A DNA stretch of 64,000 nt from Squalus acanthias. Taxonomy: Eukaryota. Within the stretch, counting starts at the first letter, position 1. Every line of letters begins with the position of its first letter. Position numbers and translations under genes: made by a program. Below are positions 36,916-49,990 of the stretch, piece by piece. The notes beneath the pieces were generated by a model. It was not told the origin of the DNA and searched no databases. It saw nothing but the letters and a program-made list of their open reading frames with translations. The stretch lies in contig JASTWF010000343.1 in the NCBI GenBank assembly GCA_030390025.1, positions 372,001-436,000 on the forward strand, read 5' to 3'.

Positions 36916-37617
36916 AAACACAGAGTAAAGCTCTCTCTACACTGTCCCATCAAACACTGCCAGGGCAGGTACAGCATGGGTTAGATACAGAGTAAAGCTC
37001 CCTCTGCACTGTCCCAACAAACACTCCCAGGGCAGGTACAGCACGGATTAGTTACAGAGTAAAGCTCCCTCTACACTGTCCCATCAAACACTGCCAGGGC
37101 AGGTACAGCACGGGTTAGATACAGAGTAAAGCGCCCTCCACACTGTCCCATCAAACACTCCCAGGGCAGGTACAGCACGGGTTAGATACAGAGTAAAGCT
37201 CCCTCTACACTGTCCCATCAAACACTGCCAGGGCAGGTACAGCACGGGTTAGATACAGAGTAAAGCTCCCTCTACACTCTCCCACCACAGTCAACAGCAT
37301 TAAGAGTTTGCACTTCTCTGGTCCAATTTACTTCACCTGAGGAAGGAGCGATAGCTCCGAAAGCTTGTGATTTCAAATAAAACTGTTGGACTATAACCTG
37401 GTGTTGTGCGACCTCTCAATTCCATCAAACACTGCCAGGGCAGGTACAGCACGGGTTAGATACAGAGTAAAGCTCCCTCTACACTGTCCCATCAAACACT
37501 CCCAGGGCAGGTACAGCACGGGTTAGATACAGAGTAAAGGGTTAGATACAGAGTAAAGCTCCCTCTACACTCTCCCACCACAGTCAACAGCATTAAGAGT
37601 TTGCACTTCTCTGGTCC
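36916..37617. repeat. 67-bp tandem repeat (~7-8 units in two blocks)
   Basis: Unit acagagtaaagctccctctacactgtcccatcaaacactcccagggcaggtacagcacgggttagat; starts at 36920 and 36987. Confidence 0.92.
37333..37370 (+). ncRNA. Minimal type-I hammerhead ribozyme motif (Penelope-associated, family B)
   Basis: tcac CTGAGGA a ggagc gata gctcc GAAA gc TT gtga: stem I tcac/gtga, stem II ggagc/gctcc, palindromic AAGCTT. Confidence 0.7.
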
Positions 37618-37694
37618 TGGAGCTTGGGCAGAGCCTGTGGAACCATAACCGCAGCTTGAGTCAGTGCCTTCAGGAGAGGAGGGGGAAAATGATG

Positions 37695-37830
37695 AGAAAC
37701 CTGTAGCCTTTGCTGTGTCCAGTGCACTCAGCCATTTCTTGTTGTTCCTTAGAGTGAATCGAATTAGCTGAAGACTGGCAGCTGTGATGGTGGGGACCTC
37801 GGGAGGAGGCCGAGAATGATCAGCCACTTT
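37695..37830 (-). mobile_element. LINE ORF2 fragment (probably the L2/Crack-like family of 48510-49062)
   Basis: PEVPTITAASLQLIRFT..KKWLSALDTAKATG resembles the pre-RT L..LD..KA.GPD region. Confidence 0.55.
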
Positions 37831-38000
37831 GTGTTCCACAAAAGGCTGATTTATTTGACATTTTTGCTGATTATTAAACTCCATCCCAGCTATAGGGGTT
37901 ATTGACATCAGCAGCAACAAACCCGAACAGCTGGAATTAACATGGTTCAGTCCTGGATGTGATTAACAGCAGCAATAACAGCAGAATCCAACCTCTGCAG

Positions 38001-38171
38001 TCACTTGTGAACTCGCTGGTGTCTCAGCAGGTGGGATGACTGAGTGAATCCCTTCCCACACTTGGAGCAGGTGAACGGCCTCTCCCCGGTGTGACTGCGT
38101 CGATGAATTTCCAGCTGGGATGGGTAACTGAATCGCTTCCCACAGTCCCCACATTTCCATGGTTTCTCCGT
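38001..38171 (-). pseudogene. C2H2 ZNF subfamily B (ZNF-5) collapsed to 2 fingers, ACG in place of ATG
   Basis: [32 protein letters not shown]. The 5' region 38085-40310 is a tandem duplicate of 31200-34480. Confidence 0.7.
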
Positions 38172-39294
38172 GGTGCGGGTGTCCCTGTGTCTCTCCAGGT
38201 TGGACGATCAGTTGAAGCCTCGTCACACGCAGAACACGTGTACGGTTTCTCCCCGCTGTGAACGGTGCAATGTTTTTTCAGACTGTGTAACTGGTTCAAG
38301 CTCTTTCCACAGTCAGTGCACTGGAACACTCTCACTCGGGGTGTGTGTGTCTCGGTGCTTTTCCAGTCACACTGATGTTTGAAATCTTTTCCCACAGACA
38401 GAACAGACAAACATTTCTCCTTCCACATTCAAAGGCCGATGATATTCAAGTCCTGATGAATCGAGTGACTCTGTCAGATCTTGATGTGATGTTTGGTTTA
38501 AGTTTCCCGTCTGCAAATCCTCCCCTTCCAATACCCTGTAAAAAGAGTTTACAAAAGTCATCACTGTAAGCACAGGATAGAAATTCAGAACAGACAATTC
38601 TAGTTTCTATGGAACATTCTTTCCTCTCTTGTTCCCCAAAGCTGTAAATCCCCGTCCCACACACTCTCCCTCCTCCCTGTGCTGACATCCAAACCAATCG
38701 CACTTACTTCAAACTTTTTTCCTCTATTCCCAGTTTTCTGAGTGCCACAACTCTGCGTTCAGTTTGACACTAACTGGTTCCACTCTCTCCCTCTCCTGCC
38801 CTGAAGGTGATTCCTCTGACTGGTTTCATTCCTGCACTAACTTGTTCTGTGTCTCCGCTGAAGGTGCTGACTCTGGCTGGGTTCAGTTGTGCAATAACTG
38901 GTTCCTTCTCTTCCTCTCCTGCCCTGAAGGTGTTGACTCTTGGCTGGGTTTATTTCTGCATGAACTGTTTCCTCTCCCTCCTTTGAAGGTGCTGACTCTG
39001 GCTGAGTTCAGTTCTACAATCGCTGGGTTCTCCTGTAGAAGAGGTAAGGTCAGTGACGGTCTGAGAATTGATGGTGTGGTGTTCAGTAGTGGGGTCATGG
39101 TCCAGGGGAGGCAGGAGGAGTTGTGTCTCTTCAAAGAAAAGGTTAATCATAGTAACAACCGTGTTTTGCCAAACCGACTTGAGGTGATCAGCTGAAGAAA
39201 CTAATATAACAATGCATTGTCTTTACATTGTCATTGTGTTGACTTTTAGCCTGTGTGTTAAATAGGTAAGTATGATTCTTTCCAGACCCACCCA

Positions 39295-39875
39295 AACCCA
39301 TCTCCATTTCTCCTTATTTACAGACGCTCTCTGACCAGTCTGCATTTCTCCCCCATTTACAGACACTCCCTGACCAGTCTCCATTTCTCCCCCATTTACA
39401 GACGCTCCCTGACCAGTCATCATTTCTCCTCATTTACAGACGCTCCCTGACCAGTCTCCATTTCTCGTTATTTACACATGCTCCCTGACCAGTCACCATT
39501 TCTCCTCATTTACAGACGCTCCCTGACCAGTCATCATTTCTCGTCATTTACAGATGCTCCCTGACCACTCTCCATTTCTCGTTATTTACAGACGCTCCCT
39601 GACCAGTCACCATTTCTCCTCATTTACAGACGCTCCCTGACCACTCTCCATTTCTCGTGATTTACAGACGCTCCCTGACCAGTCAGCATTTCTCCTCATG
39701 TACAGACGCTCCCTGACCAGTCTCCATTTCTCCCCCATTTACAGATGCTCTCTGACCACTCTCCATTTCTCCTCCATTTACAGACGCTCCCTGACCACTC
39801 GCCATTTCTCGTTATTTACAGACGCTTCCTGACCAGTTACTATTTCTCCCCCATTTACAGACGCTCCCTGACTCA
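39295..39875. repeat. 38/39-bp minisatellite, ~15 units
   Basis: tttaca recurs at 39395, 39433, 39471 and 39509 (38-bp period). Confidence 0.92.
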
Positions 39876-39879
39876 CTGG

Positions 39880-40310
39880 GGATTTCCCAGCACTTCCTGG
39901 TTGTCCCGGAGTTTGTGTTTTAAACTGGCGGGTAGTTGTGGGGAGGCGGATAATGCTGAGTGTTTTCTCCGGGCCGGGCCGGGCCTGGGGCCGCACTCGG
40001 GGTGTGAGCAGCCCGCGTCCCCCCGGGGTTTATTAACCCGCTCCTTGAGCTCTCTCACCTGATGTGTCAGCGGTTGCTGCCTAGGTCCGCGCATGCTCTG
40101 CTCACACTGCCCAGGTGATTGACGGGAGATCGGGACCAATAGGAAGAGCGGGGCACGACTGGCGGACTGAGCGGGCGGTTGGTCTTCCAACCAATCGGAG
40201 TGTGTGAGGGGTGGGGCTTACGGCTCCCAGTGGGTGGGGTTGAGCCCGGAGCTCCCTCATTGGCTGAAACTCTGCATCATTTTCAAACTTGATTTCTCTC
40301 AAACTCCAGG
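39880..40310 (-). promoter_or_regulatory. Promoter cassette P2 (second copy)
   Basis: All three CCAAT boxes retained, GC boxes altered; donor CAG|GTGAGA at 40059/40058. Confidence 0.65.
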
Positions 40311-40451
40311 GACCATGCTGGTATATTACCGCCAATCCCATGAGCCCTAATTTTGTTTAATAACCTCTTGTGTGGCATCTTATCGATTGTTTCTGAAATT
40401 CCAAATACACCACATCCACTGGTTCCCCCTTATCTATCCTGCTAGTTACAA

Positions 40452-42937
40452 ACAGTCAGGGGGAGATAGAGGAAAAGATATGTAGGCAAATCTCAGAGAA
40501 GTGTAGAAATAATAGGGTAATAATAGTAGGGGATTTCAACTTCCCCAATATTAACTGGGATAGTTAGAGGGTGCGGAATTCTTAAAGTGCATCCAGGAGA
40601 GCTTTTTGAGCCAGCATGTAGAAAGAGGGGGCGTTACTGGACCAAATTCTCGGGAATGTCGCCGGGCAAGTGGTAAAAGTGTCAGTAGGAGAGCATTTTG
40701 GTGACAGTGACCATAATTCGTTGAGATTTAAGGTAGTCATGGAAAAGGACAAAGATGGACCGGAAATAAAGGTTCTAAATTGGGGGAAGGCCAATTTTAA
40801 TATGATAAGGCAGGATCTGGCCAAAGTGGACTGGGATCAGCTACTTGTAGGAAAATCCACATCAGAGCAGTGGGAGTCATTCAGAAAGGAAATAGACAGA
40901 GTACAGCACCAACATGTTCCCATAAAGGTCAAGGGTGGGACCAACAAGTCCAGGGAACCCTGGATGTCAAGGGATATACAAGAGTGGATTAGGATAAAAA
41001 GAGAGGCTTTTGGCAGATACACAGGACTAAAAACAGTGGAAGCCTAGAGGAGTATAGAAAGTGCAGGGGGGTACTTAAAAAAGAAATTAGGAGAGCGAAG
41101 AGGGGCCATGAAAAAACACTGGCGGGCAAAATAAAGGAAAATCCCAAGGTATTCTATAAGTATATTAAGGGCAAGAGGATAACCAGGGAAAGAGTAGGGC
41201 CCATTAGGGACCAAAGTGGCAATCTGTGTGTAGAGCCGGAAGATGTGGGTGAGGTTTTAAATGAATATTTTGCATCTGTGTTCACTATGGAGAAGGACGA
41301 TGTAGGCATAGAAATCAGGCAGGGGGATTGTGATATACTTGAACAAATTAACATTGCGAGGGAGGAGGTACTAGCGGTTTTAGCGGGCTTAAAAGTGGAT
41401 AAATCCCCAGGCCCAGACGAGATGTATCCCAGGCTGCTGTGTGAGGCAAGGGAGGAGATTGCAGGGGCTCTGACACAAATTTTCAGAACCTCTCTGGCCA
41501 CAGGGGAGGTGCCAGAGAACTGGAGGACAGATAACATAGTACCATTATTTAAGAAGGGTAGTAGGGATAAACCAGGGAATTACAGGCCAGTGAGCCTAAC
41601 ATTAGTGGTAGGGAAATTATTGGAAAATATTCTGAGGGACAGAATTAGTCTCCACTTGGAGAGGCAAGGATTAATCAAGGATTGTCAGCATGGCTTTGTC
41701 AGGGGGAGATCATGTCTAACCAATTTGATTGATTTTTTTGAGGGGGTGACTAGGTGTGTGGATGAGGGTAGTGCAGTTGATGTAGTCTACATGGACTTCA
41801 GTAAGGCTTTTGACAAAGTCCCACATGGGAGACTGATCAAGAAGGTAAGAGCCCATGGGATCCAGGGCAATTTGGCAGAGGGTGATGGTCAAAGGCTGAT
41901 TTTGTGACTGGAAGCCTGTGTCCAGTGGTGTACCGCAGTGATCGATGCTGGGTCCCTTGCTGTTTGTAGTGTACATTAATGATTTAGATATGAATGTAGG
42001 AGGTATGATCAGTAAGTTCGCAGATGACACAAAAATAGGTGGAGTGGTAAATAGCGAGGAGGGAAGCCTCAGGCTACAGGACGATATGGACGGGTTGGTC
42101 AGATGGGCAGAACAGTGGCAAATGGAATTTAACCCTGAAAAGTGTGAGGTGATGCATTTTGGGAGGACTAACAAGGCAAGGGAATACACAATGAATGGTA
42201 GGACCCTACGAAGGACAGAGGATCAGAGGGACCTTGGTGTACATGTACATAGATCCCTGAAGGCAGCAGGACAGGTAGATAAGGTGGTTAAGAAGGCATA
42301 TGGGATACTTATATTCTATGCCTCGGCTAATGAAGGCAAGAGCAGGGAGGTTATGATGGAGCTGTACAAAACGCTAGTTAGGCCACAGCTGGAATACTGT
42401 GTGCAGTTCTGGTCGCCACACTATGGGAGTGATGTGATTGTATTGGAGAGGGTGCAGAGGAGATTCACCAGGATGTTATCTGGGCTGGAGCGCTTCAGCT
42501 ATGAAGGGAGACTGGACAGGCTGGGGTTGTTTTCCTTAGAGCAGAGAAGGCTGAGGGAGGACCTGATTGAGGTGTACAAAATTATGAGGGGCATAGATAG
42601 GATTGATAGAAAGGAACTTTTCCCCTTAGTAGAGGGGTCAATAACCAGGGGGCATAGTTTCAAGGTAAGGGGCAGGAGGTTTAGAGGGGATTTGAGGAAA
42701 AACTTTTTCACCCAGAGGGTGGTTGGAATCTGGAACTCACTGCCTGAAAGGGTGGTAGAGGCAGGAACCCTCACAACATTCAAGAAGCATTTAGATGAGC
42801 ACTTGAAACGCCATAGCATACAAGGCTACGGACCAAGTGCTGGAAACTGGGATTAGAATAGACAGGGCTTGATGGGCGGCGCGGACACGATGGGCCGAAG
42901 GGTCTCTTTCTGTGCTGTCTAACTCTGTGACTCTATG
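40452..42937 (+). mobile_element. 5'-truncated CR1 LINE (part of EN, RT, 3' UTR) with stops and deletions
   Basis: ORFs 40670-41047, 41245-41907 and 41945-42856 (YINDL, FADDTK); ctctatga tail. Confidence 0.93.
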
Positions 42938-42939
42938 AC

Positions 42940-43350
42940 GTGTCCCGCGGGGACAATGTGACCTGTTCACACTGGAGGAGCCCAGCGCGCAGGCGCAGTG
43001 CCCGCCCGTATCTGGAGCATGCGCAGTGTCACTGTGATACGGGCCCTCCGAGTGCGACCAGCGGAATTCGGCGGGAGAAGCTGTTTTTGCGCCGATTACG
43101 AATCAGGGGCCGGAGGGAGGTAACGCATCCGGCGGGTGAGCTTCATAAACACCTGGTGTAGGCCGCAATCCCTGAATGAGAACCTACGGGTTCCGAGTTT
43201 GCAGCTCCGGGGCTTTTTCCCGGTAACAGGCCCAGGCTAAGGGCGGCCATCTTTGTAAAGCAAAGCAACGTCTTTGTTCGCCGCCATCTTGATTCGTGTG
43301 GCCATCTTTGTAAAGGAAGCAAAGGTGGGCGGGGCTTCAGGGTCCCAGGA
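42940..43350 (+). promoter_or_regulatory. Promoter cassette P1, inverted copy facing ZNF-6
   Basis: gcgcaggcgca and gcatgcgca, donor GAG|GTAACG at 43119/43120, three gccatctt, GC box. Confidence 0.7.
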
Positions 43351-44148
43351 GAACTGAACCCAGCCAGAGTCAGCACCTTCAGGGGAGGAGAGAGAGGAAC
43401 CAGTGAGTGTAGAACTGAACCCAGCCAGAGTCAGCACCTTCAGGGGAGGAGAGGGAGGGGAACCAGTGAGTGAACTGAACCCAGCCAGAGTCAGCACCTT
43501 CAGGGGAGGAGAGGGAGGGGAACTAGTGAGTGTAGAACTGAATCCAGCCAGAGTCAGCACCTTCAGGGGAGGAGAACCAGTGAGTGTAGAACTGAACCCA
43601 GCCAGAGTCAGCACCTTCAGGGGAGGGGAACCAGTGAGTGTAGAACTGAACCCAGCCAGAGTCAGCACCTTCAGGGGAGGGGAACCAGTGAGTGTAGAAC
43701 TGAACCCAGCCAGAGTCAGCACCTTCAGGGGAGGAGAGGGAGGGCAACCAGTGAGTGTAGAACTGAACCCAGCCAGAATCAGCACCTTCAGGGGAGGAGA
43801 GGGAGGGGAACCAGTGAGTGTCGATCTGAACCCAGCCAGAGTCAGCACCTTCAGGGGAGGAGAGGAAGTGGAATTAGTGGGTGTAGAACTGAACCCAGCC
43901 AGAGTCAGCACCTTCAGGGGAGGAGAGGGAGGGGAACCAGTGAGTGTAGAACTGAACCCAGCCAGAGTCAGCACCTTCAGGGGAGGAGAGGGAGGGGAAC
44001 CAGTGAGTGTAGAACTGAACCCAGTCAGAGTCAGCACCTTCAGGGGAGGAGAGGGAGGGGAACCAGTGAGTGTCGAACTAAACCCAGCCAGAGTCAGCAC
44101 CTTCAGGGGAGGGGAACCAGTGAGTGTAGATCTGAACCCAGCCAGAGT
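43351..44148. repeat. 63-bp minisatellite (reverse orientation), ~13 units
   Basis: Unit gaactgaacccagccagagtcagcaccttcaggggaggagagggaggggaaccagtgagtgta; several 54-bp variants. Confidence 0.95.
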
Positions 44149-44687
44149 TGGTGGAGAAAACTGGGAGAGGAGGAAAAACTGTCTTGAGACGTGCGATGTG
44201 TTTGGATTTTAGCACAGGGAGGAGGGACAATGTGTGGGACGGGGATTTACAGCTTTGGAGGAACAAGAGAGGAAAGAATGTTCCATAGAAACTAGAATTG
44301 TCGGTTCTGAATTTCTGTCCTGTACTTACAGTGATGAGTTTTGTAAACTCCTTTTACAGGGTATTAGAAGGGGAGGAATTGCAGACGGGAAACTCAAACC
44401 AAACATCACGTCAAGATCTGACAGAGTCACTCGATTCATCAGGAACTGAATATCATCGGCCTTTGAATGTGGAAGGAGAAATGTTTGTCTGTTCTGTCTG
44501 TGGGAAAAGATTTCAAACATCAGTGTGACTGGAAAAGCACTGAAACACACACACCCGAGTGAGAGTGTTCCAGTGCACTGCCTGTGGAAAGAGCTTTAAC
44601 CAGTTACACAGCCTGAAAAAACATCGCACCGTTCACAGCGGGGAGAAACCGTACACGTGTTCTGTGTGTGGACGAGGCTTCAACTGA

Positions 44688-45649
<962 letters not shown>

Positions 45650-46639
45650 CCGCAGTGGTTGGATTCTGCTGTTATTGCTGCTGTTAATCACATCCCAGAC
45701 TGAATCATGTTCACACTGACAGTTGGGGTTTGTTTCTGATGATGTTAATAACCCCTATAACTGGGCTGGAGTTTAATATTTTGATATTTCAAATAACAGT
45801 GTGTCGATATTTGATGTCTTCAAGATAAGAGGAGACTAATTGATGTCCTGTTACCGACTGCTCCATTTTTGGGCCTTTTCTCTTTTCTAACTCGAGATTA
45901 TTTCAGTTCTCGTGCCGTCGGTTACTCTCATGGACAAGTCCCAGCTCCCCATACCTTCCAGAGTGCCTCTCCTAGCCTTGGTATCCACGGAAGGTCTCGG
46001 TAACACACCCGGGATCACTAAACACAAAACCCAGTCTGTTAATCACTTTCAGCTACTGGACTTAACGTGTGTTCCACAGCATCTCTCTCACCTTCGATGT
46101 GTGAATAGAGCATCACGCCTGCAAACCTGCTTTAAATTAAAATTTGAATCCACTCAGCAAGTGTATTTAAAAAAATACATACAAGTAAACAGATCACATC
46201 AAATAATTGGCAAAGGCTTAGAGTCAACAAGATGAACAAGTGAACACATCACGGCCCAATACCCCAGCTCTATATTCACAGGAGAAAGTCTGTTATCTAA
46301 CTCCTCGAGTGGACAGAATAGAGAAAGATCCCAGCTCTAAGAACATCTCGAATCTGTTGTAAATATCTTTCAAATCCTGACTGGTCCAATCTGTCGGTTT
46401 CCTTTCAATTGAAGTGAATGGAAGATGAGAGGGGTGTTGGCATATGGACCTCGGTTAATTCAGCTTCTGAAAGGTGTTCATGTTTAGTTCATTCGATATC
46501 GGGGAAAATGTGGTTGGTCTCATTAGAGAGAGAGAGAGAGATTTCACTGAGCAACAGCTGGTGTTTGCAACAAACTAGCCTTGGATATTTTCATCATAGA
46601 AAGTTTCGAAGTAATTGAATCAGGAAATGTATTTTATAA

Positions 46640-47545
46640 TGATGTGCGTTTTGAAATTGTACTTGGAACATCTCCTCATTAAAGTTCACCCATTGTTCTG
46701 TTACAGTTTTTCCCGTCAGTCTTTGGTTCCATTTTACCCTGGCTAGATCCTTTCGCATCCCATTGAAGTTAGCCCTATTCCAGTTTAGAAGTTCCACTCG
46801 AGATTGTTCCTTGCTCCTCTCCATTGCTAATCTAAATCTTATGATACGATGATCACTCGTACCCAAGTGTTCTCCCACAGACAGTCGGTCGACCTGGCCC
46901 ACCTCATTCCCCAGCACCAGATCCAGCAATGCCTCCTTCCTAGTTGGGCCAAGAACATACTGGTGAAGGAAATTCTCCTGAACACATTTCAGAAATTCCT
47001 CCCCCTCCTTTCCTTTACCCCAGCATTATCCCAATCGATAATTGGGTAATTAAAGTCCCCCAATATCACCACTCTATTGCTCTTGCATATCTCTGCGATT
47101 TCCCTGCAGATTTGCTCCTCTACCTCCCTCTCACTATTTGGAGGCCTATAGAATACCCCCAATAGCGTGACCATACTCTTTTTGCTCCTCAACACTAACC
47201 AAATGGATTCTGTCCTTGTCCCCTCAAGAACATCCTCCCTTTCCAACACTACACTGTCTTCCTTAATCAGCACTGCCACCCCACCTCCCTTTTTTCCTTC
47301 CCTATGTTTTCTGAACACCTTGTACCCTTGAATATTAAGTGTCCAGTCCTCACCGTTTTTAAGCCACGTTTCCGTTATTGCCACAACATCATATTGCCGC
47401 ACGGCTAATTGTGCTTGTAGCTCACCAACCTTATTCACCACACTTTGTACGTTTACGTACATGCATTCTAAACCCATTTTTGAATTTTTCGTTGACTTTC
47501 TTAGTCTGTTCCTATCTAATATGGTAATACTTCCGCCTCTAGTAC
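46640..47545 (-). mobile_element. CR1 endonuclease fragment
   Basis: ORFs 46989-47477 (AITETW, GDFN) and 46594-46929 (LDLVL, SDH). Confidence 0.88.
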
Positions 47546-48509
47546 ACAGAGTGTGTTTTTGCTGATCTTAATAACCCCTATACCTGGGCTGGAGATTAAT
47601 ATTCTGTATAAATATTGAATAAAGCAGCTTTGTTTCAAACTCAGTGTATAGAATATTTGATTTCTCCATGATCAGAGGAGACTAATTGATGTTCTGTTAC
47701 CGACTGTTCCATTGTTGGGCTTTTCTTACTCTTGATTATATCACTTCTCACCTAGTTCACCTTCTACCACATCGAACCCCAAGCTGGTTCCGTTTGACTA
47801 CATGGCTTGTGGGTGTCATAGACTGAACTACAGTGTCTCACTTTATACTCATCTGAAATTCCTTTCAACCAACCCTTGAAAGAACTCTCTTGCTTCAGAT
47901 TTGAAAGCAGTTATTGTGTGCATGGTTTAACACTTCTTGGATCCGGTTAGTCCAACTCCTCCACAGGTACTGCATGTGACAGCCTTTGGAATGTTCTGAT
48001 CTTTGTCATTGTCTTTGCTGATTGTGATGGTGCCCTTGATTTAATCTCCTGGAACTAACACACCGTGCACTATTTCCTGCATCGAGATCATTGTTTCAAA
48101 TACTGAGCTTGAGCACAGAGCTTGGAGACAGAGCCGGGAGATTCGCAAAGGCAGTGATTCACAAGCAGAGTGGGCGCAGGAATTGGTGGAGAGGAAGAAG
48201 GCGGTGGAGACGTCTGACTGAAAAGGAGGAGTGGAGCCACAGAACCCAAGTTAATAGGCACGAGAGCGGAGCTGTGGGACAGCGAGAGGAGCGGCCGCAG
48301 ATAAAGACAGGCCCAAGAGCCCGGAGGGAGCGCCAGTGTCAGGGAGCGAGGTAAGTGACCTCAGCACGAGGGAAGGAGCAGATTGGGGAGGGATTGTTCT
48401 TAAGTCTCGAGTTTATTTCTGTTAAGATACTTAAAAAAAAGTTAGTTAATAGTCGAATAATTAAAGGCACAGCAGGGCAACTGGGTCCAGCGGATGCACA
48501 TCCTGTGCC

Positions 48510-49062
48510 TTTCCACCATCTACAAGGCACAAGTCAGGAGTCTGATGGAAATACTCTCCACTTGCCTGGATGAGTGCAGCTCCAACAACACTCAAGAAAC
48601 TCGACACCATCCAGGACAAAGCAGCCCGCTTGATTGGCACCCCATCCACCACCTTAAACATTCATTCCCTCCACCACAGGCGTACCGTGGCTGCAGTGTG
48701 TACCATCTACAAGATGCACTGCAGCAACTCACCAAGGCTTCTTCGGCAGCACCTCCCAAACCCACGACCTCTTCCACCTAGAAGGACAAGGGCAGCAGGC
48801 ACATGGGAACACCACCACCTCCAAGTTCCCCTCCAAGTCACACACCATCCTGACTTAGAAGTATATCGCCGATCCTTCATTGTCGCTGGGTCAAAATCCT
48901 GGAACTCCCTCCCTAACAGCACTGTGGGAGCACCTTCCCCACACGGACTGCAGCGGTTGAGGAAGGCGGCTCACCACCACCTTCTCAAGGGCAATTAGGG
49001 ATGGGCAATAAATGCTGGCCTTGCCAGTGATGTCCACATCCCATAAACGAATAAAAAATATA
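48510..49062 (+). mobile_element. 3' end of an L2/Crack-like LINE inserted in the CR1 ORF1 start
   Basis: KLDTIQDKAARLI..HSLHHRRTVAAVCTIYKM with an A-rich tail; splits host CTSCA|WELQDASRVLDNHVCRRC. Confidence 0.8.
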
Positions 49063-49102
49063 GTGGGAACTCCAGGACGCTTCCCGTGTCCTGGACAACC
49101 AC

Positions 49103-49990
49103 GTGTGCAGGAGGTGTGGTCAGGTGGAGGAGCTCGAGCTCCGGGATTCGGAGCTTGAGCAGCAGCTGGCGTCGCTGCGGAGCATCCGCGAGGCTGAGAG
49201 CTCCGTGGACAGCACGTTTCAGGAGGTGGTCAGTCCACAGCTAATGAGTGCGCAGGCAGAGAGGGAATGGGTGACTGCCAGACAGAAGAGGAGGACCAGG
49301 CAGGTAGTGCAGGAGTCCCCGGAGTGCATCTCGCTCTCCAACCAGTATTCTGTGCTGAGTACTGGTGAGGGTGATGGTTCCTCTGGGGAGTACAGCCAGA
49401 GCCAAGTCCATGGCACCACGGGTGGCTCAGCTGCACAGGGGTGGAGGAGGAAGACAGGGAAAGCAATAGTGGGAGGGGATTCAATAGTTAGGGGAGCAGA
49501 CAGGCGTTTCTGCAGCTGCAGACCTGACTCCAGGATGGTATGTTGCCTCCCTGGTGCCATGGTTATGGATGTCATTGAGCAGCTGCAGGACACTCTGAGG
49601 GGGGAGTGTGAAAAGCCAGAGGTCGTTGTCCATATCGGTCCCAACAATGTAGGTAGAAAGAGGGATGAGGTCCTGCAGACAGATTTTAGGGAGCTGGGAA
49701 AGAGATTAAAAAGCAGGTCCTCAAAGGTAGTAATCTCTGGATTACTCCCGGTACCCTCTGGATTACTCCCGGTACCACGCGCGAGTGAGTATAGAAATAG
49801 GAGGATAGAGCAGATGAATGCGTGGCTGGAGAGATGGTGCAGGAGGGAGGGCTTCAGATTCCTGGGGAATTGGGGCCGGTTCTGGGGGAGGTGGGACCTG
49901 TACAGGCCAGACGGGTTGCACCTCAACAGAGCCGGTACCAATATCCTCGTGGGGAGGTTTGCTCGTGCTGTTGGGGAGGGTTTAAACTAA
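49103..49990 (+). CDS. CR1 ORF1 (Cys motif/coiled coil + SGNH-type esterase), N-terminus disrupted
   Basis: CRRC + heptad leucines; GDSIVRG, HIGPNNV and DGLHLN blocks; in-frame 21-bp duplication (SGLLPVP x2). Confidence 0.8.
   Translation: MCRRCGQVEELELRDSELEQQLASLRSIREAESSVDSTFQEVVSPQLMSAQAEREWVTARQKRRTRQVVQESPECISLSNQYSVLSTGEGDGSSGEYSQSQVHGTTGGSAAQGWRRKTGKAIVGGDSIVRGADRRFCSCRPDSRMVCCLPGAMVMDVIEQLQDTLRGECEKPEVVVHIGPNNVGRKRDEVLQTDFRELGKRLKSRSSKVVISGLLPVPSGLLPVPRASEYRNRRIEQMNAWLERWCRREGFRFLGNWGRFWGRWDLYRPDGLHLNRAGTNILVGRFARAVGEGLN

Noticed and set aside
43403..44212. Sense-strand 63-mer peptide as the N-terminal domain of the ZNF protein
   Set aside because: The array lies after the putative exon-1 donor. 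Its internal donor is phase 0 and would enter a closed frame (GIRRGG..RN*), and the finger frame has stops anyway.
49219..49941. Antisense ORFs over CR1 and ZNF sequence (also 5930-6406, 51201-51626 and others)
   Set aside because: Shadow frames of the real coding strand; they recur only because the elements recur.
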